A stretch of DNA of 64,000 nucleotides from Candidatus Latescibacterota bacterium (lineage in GTDB: Bacteria; Latescibacterota; UBA2968; GCA-2709665). Every line of letters begins with the position of its first letter. The stretch's first letter is position 1. Positions 59,646 to 64,000 of this stretch are shown here, in pieces. The notes under the pieces are model-generated. The model was not told the DNA's origin and did no database searches. It saw only the letters and a list, made by a program, of their open reading frames with translations. Where the stretch lies: assembly GCA_965203805.1 (NCBI GenBank), contig OZ241917.1:1536001-1600000 (forward strand). The letters run 5' to 3'. A program made the position numbers and the translations under genes.

Positions 59646-60764
59646 CTAATCCTTCAGGATGCGCTCGCCGCCATCCACAACATTTGAGAATATCTCCAGG
59701 AACTTTTCCGCCCTAGCCAGTCTCTTCCGCGCGTCATCGCTTGGTTTACTATCTGGATACTTTGACAGAAACTTCGTCATTTGGCGAAGTTCGAATCGGA
59801 ATCTGGCAATGTCGTCCCCGTTAAATTCATAAGGGGCCTGGTAGTAAGTCAGGAGCCGGAAGTAGGCCATGGGTGCCACCTCCGACGCAGGATATTCTGT
59901 GACGATACGTCGAAGCACCTCCCGGGCCTCATCAGGTTTCGGGACTCCCAAGGATGCTTTCGGAGGGAAGTATTTCCACAGGTCCTCAACAGCCGTCGCG
60001 TAATCAAAGTAGACTTGCGGCGTCTCCTCAGCCTCAACCCGTTGATCGGCCCTTTGGAATTTCTGCTGTGCCTCAATCAGTCTATCCAAAACTTGGATCG
60101 ACCAGCTAAGACCGCGAAATCCCCTGAAATATCCCTCGGTTATGGCGGATCCATGCGTGTACGTCGTAAACAGCATGACACTCTTTGTGGATCCAACTGC
60201 ATCAATTGCGTCTTCACCGAACTTCTCCATGATTTTCAGCAGCACCCGCTTCGCCCCTCGATAGTCCCTCTTGCCTGCGAGGAGCTTCGCGTTGAAGAAT
60301 AGACCGTATGGACTGTACAAGTTCAAGGGCGGCTCAGATGCCCTTTGGTAAGCCTCATTCGCTCTCATGTCTGTACTACCGCTAACTATTACATATGAGT
60401 GCCCGGCCAGGAGGTATAGCCAGGTCCTCGCAATCGGATTCGCCTCCTCTAAGGCCTCCAACGAAAGAAGGCTGGCGCTCCGTTTCAAGATCCTCTTTCT
60501 ATAAAGCCGGTACCCATCGAGTGTTGCCGGCAGTGCCCTTGAAGGTATCTCGACAGGGCGCTCGCGATAATACGTCCGGAATCGAACGTCAAGGTAGATG
60601 GGTTGTCCGGCTCGCAAGCGCACGGTTTCACCGGTGTGAAGGGTTACGTCTACATCTACCACTATTGGAACATGACGATGACCCATGGCGAAGCCATTGG
60701 CCTCGGCGTCCGATGCCATAAACAACGCGGCCAACAGGGCCCATAGATGTCTGGTAAATTTCAT
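59646..60764 (-). CDS. Secreted TPR/BamD-like helical-repeat protein
   Basis: Signal peptide; IVTEYPASEVAPMA and FLSKYPDSKPSDDA repeats. Confidence 0.7.
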   Translation of the reverse strand: MKFTRHLWALLAALFMASDAEANGFAMGHRHVPIVVDVDVTLHTGETVRLRAGQPIYLDVRFRTYYRERPVEIPSRALPATLDGYRLYRKRILKRSASLLSLEALEEANPIARTWLYLLAGHSYVIVSGSTDMRANEAYQRASEPPLNLYSPYGLFFNAKLLAGKRDYRGAKRVLLKIMEKFGEDAIDAVGSTKSVMLFTTYTHGSAITEGYFRGFRGLSWSIQVLDRLIEAQQKFQRADQRVEAEETPQVYFDYATAVEDLWKYFPPKASLGVPKPDEAREVLRRIVTEYPASEVAPMAYFRLLTYYQAPYEFNGDDIARFRFELRQMTKFLSKYPDSKPSDDARKRLARAEKFLEIFSNVVDGGERILKD

Positions 60765-61006
60765 ACAGGTCTCGGATTCACGTTTTGCATACAATCACAA
60801 AGAGGAAGAGGACGTCCTCGCACTATTTCTCGCCAATTATGCGGCGGGTATGCGGTGTTGACTGGAACGCACACTGTGCTTGGAGGCCCATGGCGTAAAC
60901 CCGCTAGCTGGCCGCCGGCTTCACGGCGGCCCAATCTTCCCGCCGTACCCGAACTGCCGCAGGCGGTTGACAAGGGTGCGGATGCACCGAGCCGCGCACG
61001 GACGCG

Positions 61007-61165
61007 TCAGGCGATTGCCGCGTCGAGGAAATAGAGTTTGGATTCTGCTCCGATTTCGGCGACGGCTTCCTTTATGTCGTCACGATCCTTTCGACTCAGG
61101 AAGTCCTTTGCCTGCTTTTTCAGGTGCTCGAGGTTGGGATTGGAGGGAAGAAGGACGCGTCTCAT
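61007..61165 (-). pseudogene. Chimeric remnant (ankyrin-protein N-terminus fused to an AAA-like internal piece)
   Basis: LPSNPNLEHLKKQAKDF joined to SRKDRDDIK..GAESKLYFLD. Confidence 0.55.
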
Positions 61166-61229
61166 GGGAACCCTCTTTCGTTGATGCCTGTTGTCAGAGA
61201 TCCAGCCGGAGTGCCCGTGGACACGTCTG

Positions 61230-62288
61230 TCACAGTCGTATCCAATCCTTAAGGTTTGCATGCTCAAATATCATCTCGTTCTGCAATTGCAGATCCTGTC
61301 CCAGGCCGGCGTCGAGGGCTTTCTCATACATGGCGATGGCGATCCCTATGTCGACGTAGGCCAGGCCAACCGCATTAAAGTAGATTCTTTCGTCGTCGTC
61401 TTCCCTTCCCGGCTTCGAGCCGCACACCAATTCCCCGAGATTCGCATACACGTCGCTATCCGTCAGCATGCCCTCCTTGTACATGCGGCTGAGCGTCTGT
61501 GTTCTGTGTTTCACGGTCTCCCAGTCGTCGCAGACGATCTTGTCGCACTGTTTCGCCACGTTGTATTCATCTTCCCAGCCGCCAATATGACTGTAGAAAG
61601 CGCCGGGTTTCATCCATTCTGCCTTGAGCAGCGGCGCCTGTGCGCTTGTTGCCGTGACGATGATATCCGCTCCGTTAACGGCGCGTTCGAGGACTGAATT
61701 CGCGACCGAAAAATCCATGCCGGGAAGGATCGCAGACATTTCCCGTGCGAACAGTTCTTCCTCAGCACCCAGTTTCGCGGCCACACGACATGTGGTCAGA
61801 GATGGTATGGCGGCCTTCATTGCGATCAGGTGCATCTTTGCCTGTTCACCGGCGCCGATAAATCCAATCGATGTTGCGTCCTGCCGCGCCAGATACCTGG
61901 CAGCCAGCGCGCCGATGCTTCCAACTCGAATGTTGGAACATAGCGTACCTTCCATGAACGCAATCGGAAATCCATGGACAATCTCGGACAAAATGATCAC
62001 CGCTGAAAGATTCTGAATCCCATGGATGACCGGATTCGGCGGAAAGACCGACACCCACTTCATCCCGCATATCCTCTTATCCTTGAACGTCGCCGGCAGG
62101 CAATTTATCCTCTCCTGGGTTTCATCGTTGAAGATCTGCACGATCTTGTCAGGAAACAGAACGTCTCCTTTATCGAAGGCACGAATTGCCGATTCGGCAG
62201 CGTCCATCGCCATCCGGATATCCAGGCACCCGGCGGCAAGGAGATCTTCCTGTGAAAGGAAACGGCAATGAATGTCATGACGTGGCAT
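61230..62288 (-). CDS. Ornithine cyclodeaminase/mu-crystallin family protein
   Basis: GMKWVSVFPPN, IGAGEQA, ADIIVTAT, NAVGLAYVDI; start reassigned to ATG 62288. Confidence 0.9.
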   Translation of the reverse strand: MPRHDIHCRFLSQEDLLAAGCLDIRMAMDAAESAIRAFDKGDVLFPDKIVQIFNDETQERINCLPATFKDKRICGMKWVSVFPPNPVIHGIQNLSAVIILSEIVHGFPIAFMEGTLCSNIRVGSIGALAARYLARQDATSIGFIGAGEQAKMHLIAMKAAIPSLTTCRVAAKLGAEEELFAREMSAILPGMDFSVANSVLERAVNGADIIVTATSAQAPLLKAEWMKPGAFYSHIGGWEDEYNVAKQCDKIVCDDWETVKHRTQTLSRMYKEGMLTDSDVYANLGELVCGSKPGREDDDERIYFNAVGLAYVDIGIAIAMYEKALDAGLGQDLQLQNEMIFEHANLKDWIRL

Positions 62289-62325
62289 TGAGGGTCCTTC
62301 CGAATGTAAGATGTTTACACTTCTC

Positions 62326-62670
62326 TCATTGTCGTGCGTCTGGCGCCAAAACACCGGCAAGTGTTTCTGTCGCCCACTGATTGATACTCTTTCCACTTAC
62401 TTCAGCAGCCATCGCGATCGCTGCGTGAACCTCTGGAGGAATGCGCAACATCAGTTTGCCGGAATACGGCTTTTGAGGGGATCTGTTGAGCTTTTCACAG
62501 GTTTCTAGATAGTCGTCAACCGATTCTTCAAAAGCATAACGCAGTTCCTCAACCGATTCGCCGTGAAAGCCTACCACATCATTGATCCCTGCAATGTGAC
62601 CAATGAAGCAGCCATCTTCATCACTATAGTCAATCCGAGCCGCATATCCTCTATGGGTCATCGTGTTCAT
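62326..62670 (-). CDS. hicB: HicB antitoxin
   Basis: GYAARIDYSDED..FHGESVEEL..SVDDYL..PYSGKLMLRIPPEVH..SINQW. Confidence 0.95.
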   Translation of the reverse strand: MNTMTHRGYAARIDYSDEDGCFIGHIAGINDVVGFHGESVEELRYAFEESVDDYLETCEKLNRSPQKPYSGKLMLRIPPEVHAAIAMAAEVSGKSINQWATETLAGVLAPDARQ

Positions 62671-62921
62671 GGAGTAACTCCTGCCCGTTGTAGAAAACGT
62701 CTGGCATCACGCACTTGATAGACTCTTGCCTCTCTGTGAGGGTGAGGACGGTGAAAAGTAGCGACGACACCATTGAGCGCAAACCGCACCCGCGAACCTC
62801 TGCCTTCAATTGATTCAGCTCCAATTGCCTTGAATAAAGCTTCAATACGCCTCCACTCCAGTCCCGCAGGAACTGGCGTTTTGAAGATATCAGCCAGAGT
62901 ATCCCGGTGCCGTTTGTTCAC
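62667..62921 (-). CDS. hicA: HicA toxin
   Basis: WRRIEALF..EGRGSRVRF..FHRPHP; ATGA overlap with hicB. Confidence 0.95.
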   Translation of the reverse strand: MNKRHRDTLADIFKTPVPAGLEWRRIEALFKAIGAESIEGRGSRVRFALNGVVATFHRPHPHREARVYQVRDARRFLQRAGVTP

Positions 62922-62927
62922 GGGTCA

Positions 62928-62956
62928 ATGATATCACAATCTGATATCATTTGCAA
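62928..62956 (-). promoter_or_regulatory. hicAB promoter with overlapping operator
   Basis: TTGCAA-N17-TATCAT, 6 nt before the GTG; perfect IR ATGATATCA-N5-TGATATCAT. Confidence 0.8.
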
Positions 62957-63003
62957 GGGATTTGTGGAGATGTCAGTGAACGCCATCAATGTGTCAGTCT
63001 GTG

Positions 63004-63177
63004 TTAGATACACACCGGGTTGGGCATGCCGCTCCGAACCAGCGTCATCGTCGATTCGATCACGGTCAGCATCGTCACCTCCCCCTTGGGACCCAATCCC
63101 GCAACCGTCCGGAAATTTCTCAACGCCTGCCGTGTGGCGTCGCTTAGTTCACTGTCCACCAGCCCGGGACGATTCCC
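63004..63177 (-). pseudogene. Peptidoglycan-binding domain remnant
   Basis: PGLVDSELSDATRQALRNFRTVAGLGPKGEV; no start codon. Confidence 0.5.
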
Positions 63178-63180
63178 CCC

Positions 63181-63678
63181 TCACTCATCAGCGCGGTCGT
63201 CCTTCTTCTCGTGGCGTAATGTGCGTTCAAGTTCTGCCAGGAATCCGCTCTCACTAATAAATCCTGAAAATCCTCCGTATTCGCTCAAGTCTGAACAGGC
63301 TGTCAGAATTGAATTTGCCGCCATATCACTGGATATCTTCGCTTTAATCCCATTCAAATAAGATTCAAGATCCGGACGGTCCTGCAAAGCGCCTAACGCT
63401 CTGGGCCTGATTCCGGCGATTTCACGTTCCACGTCAATTCGCCATCCCTTATGCTTGAGAAATGACCGAAACGCGATTTCCTCGGCCTTTTCCAGATGAC
63501 CATCGATATAGAGCGTCATCACCGCAGCTTCAAGAAAGGCCAATTGTTCATCTGTCGTAAGCTTTCGCGGATCGATAATTGAGCGCATTCTGGAACTGAA
63601 GAGCTTAAAGAGAGTGCCTACGAGGATTGGTGCAAGAATGAAAATAGCTATCACTGCAATTGAGTCATCTGAGAACAT
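63181..63678 (-). CDS. Membrane-anchored TerB-like protein
   Basis: N-terminal TM; YIDGHLEKAEE..SESGFLAEL. Confidence 0.6.
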   Translation of the reverse strand: MFSDDSIAVIAIFILAPILVGTLFKLFSSRMRSIIDPRKLTTDEQLAFLEAAVMTLYIDGHLEKAEEIAFRSFLKHKGWRIDVEREIAGIRPRALGALQDRPDLESYLNGIKAKISSDMAANSILTACSDLSEYGGFSGFISESGFLAELERTLRHEKKDDRADE

Positions 63679-63883
63679 CGATCCCCCTGCAACACCTGTT
63701 TGTCCTCTTTGTCTGACGTTCGGCGAACATACCAACGGCAAGTCGGGTGGGGGCCCGGACGGCCCGAGCCGCAAGTGCTGCCGTTACCCGACGCCGGGAC
63801 GATCGTGCTGCTTTCCCTGACGACAAGGAGGCCGCAAACCAGCGACATCCTCAATTCGAATGAGGCTCCCGTTTCACTTTGCT

Positions 63884-64000
63884 TCACTTCATCAGAAAGT
63901 TCCTGCCATACTGATACGCGGTCTCGAGATTTCTTGCCCTGTTGCTCGATGTTGCAAAGTGATCCGCCATACCAGGGAGGAGCGCGAACTCACAATGCTT
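63884..64000 (-). CDS. 3' end of a gene starting beyond the window (possibly flavodoxin-like)
   Basis: ..RARNLETAYQYGRNFLMK*. Confidence 0.4.
   Translation of the reverse strand, partial: KHCEFALLPGMADHFATSSNRARNLETAYQYGRNFLMK

Noticed and set aside
4547-59648. Several genes end in GAT+stop, and GRTTGA occurs near some starts, as a possible short recombination core
   Set aside because: About 7 of ~65 ends, and confounded by RBS and stop composition; not distinguishable from chance by eye.
1-64000. CRISPR array, tRNA, rRNA, integron integrase, reverse transcriptase/DGR
   Set aside because: No regular repeat-spacer units, no RNA gene signatures, and no tyrosine-recombinase or RT motifs were seen.

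Overview
GC-rich bacterial window. The dockerin-like GDFDGDFDVDFADF motif and the REP types weakly suggest a Latescibacterota-like lineage; this is inference only. The left end holds the 3' end of a SNF2 helicase, two back-to-back truncated genes and a cluster of nested REP-like palindromes. From ~3.2 kb to the end, ~60 mostly short, functionally unrelated genes lie almost all on the minus strand: 6 SAM methyltransferases, 3 NUDIX, 3 VOC, 2 GNAT, 3 metallophosphoesterases, AAC(3)/ANT/APH-like enzymes, HNH and REase-like genes, and 3 toxin-antitoxin modules. The only plus-strand gene in this stretch is an ECF sigma factor. Many gene remnants and chimeras lie between the intact genes. The content resembles an integron cassette array, but no integrase and no canonical attC set is visible. 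Instead, many spacers hold 45-90 bp imperfect hairpins closed by GAC..GTC or AAC..GTT. A ~240-350 bp non-coding element occurs four times, once inverted. A family of 27/33-bp CCTG..CAGG hairpins inserts into other repeats and into itself. Two complete IS elements with target duplications are present. No rRNA, tRNA or CRISPR was seen. All product calls come from motif recognition by eye, not from database searches.
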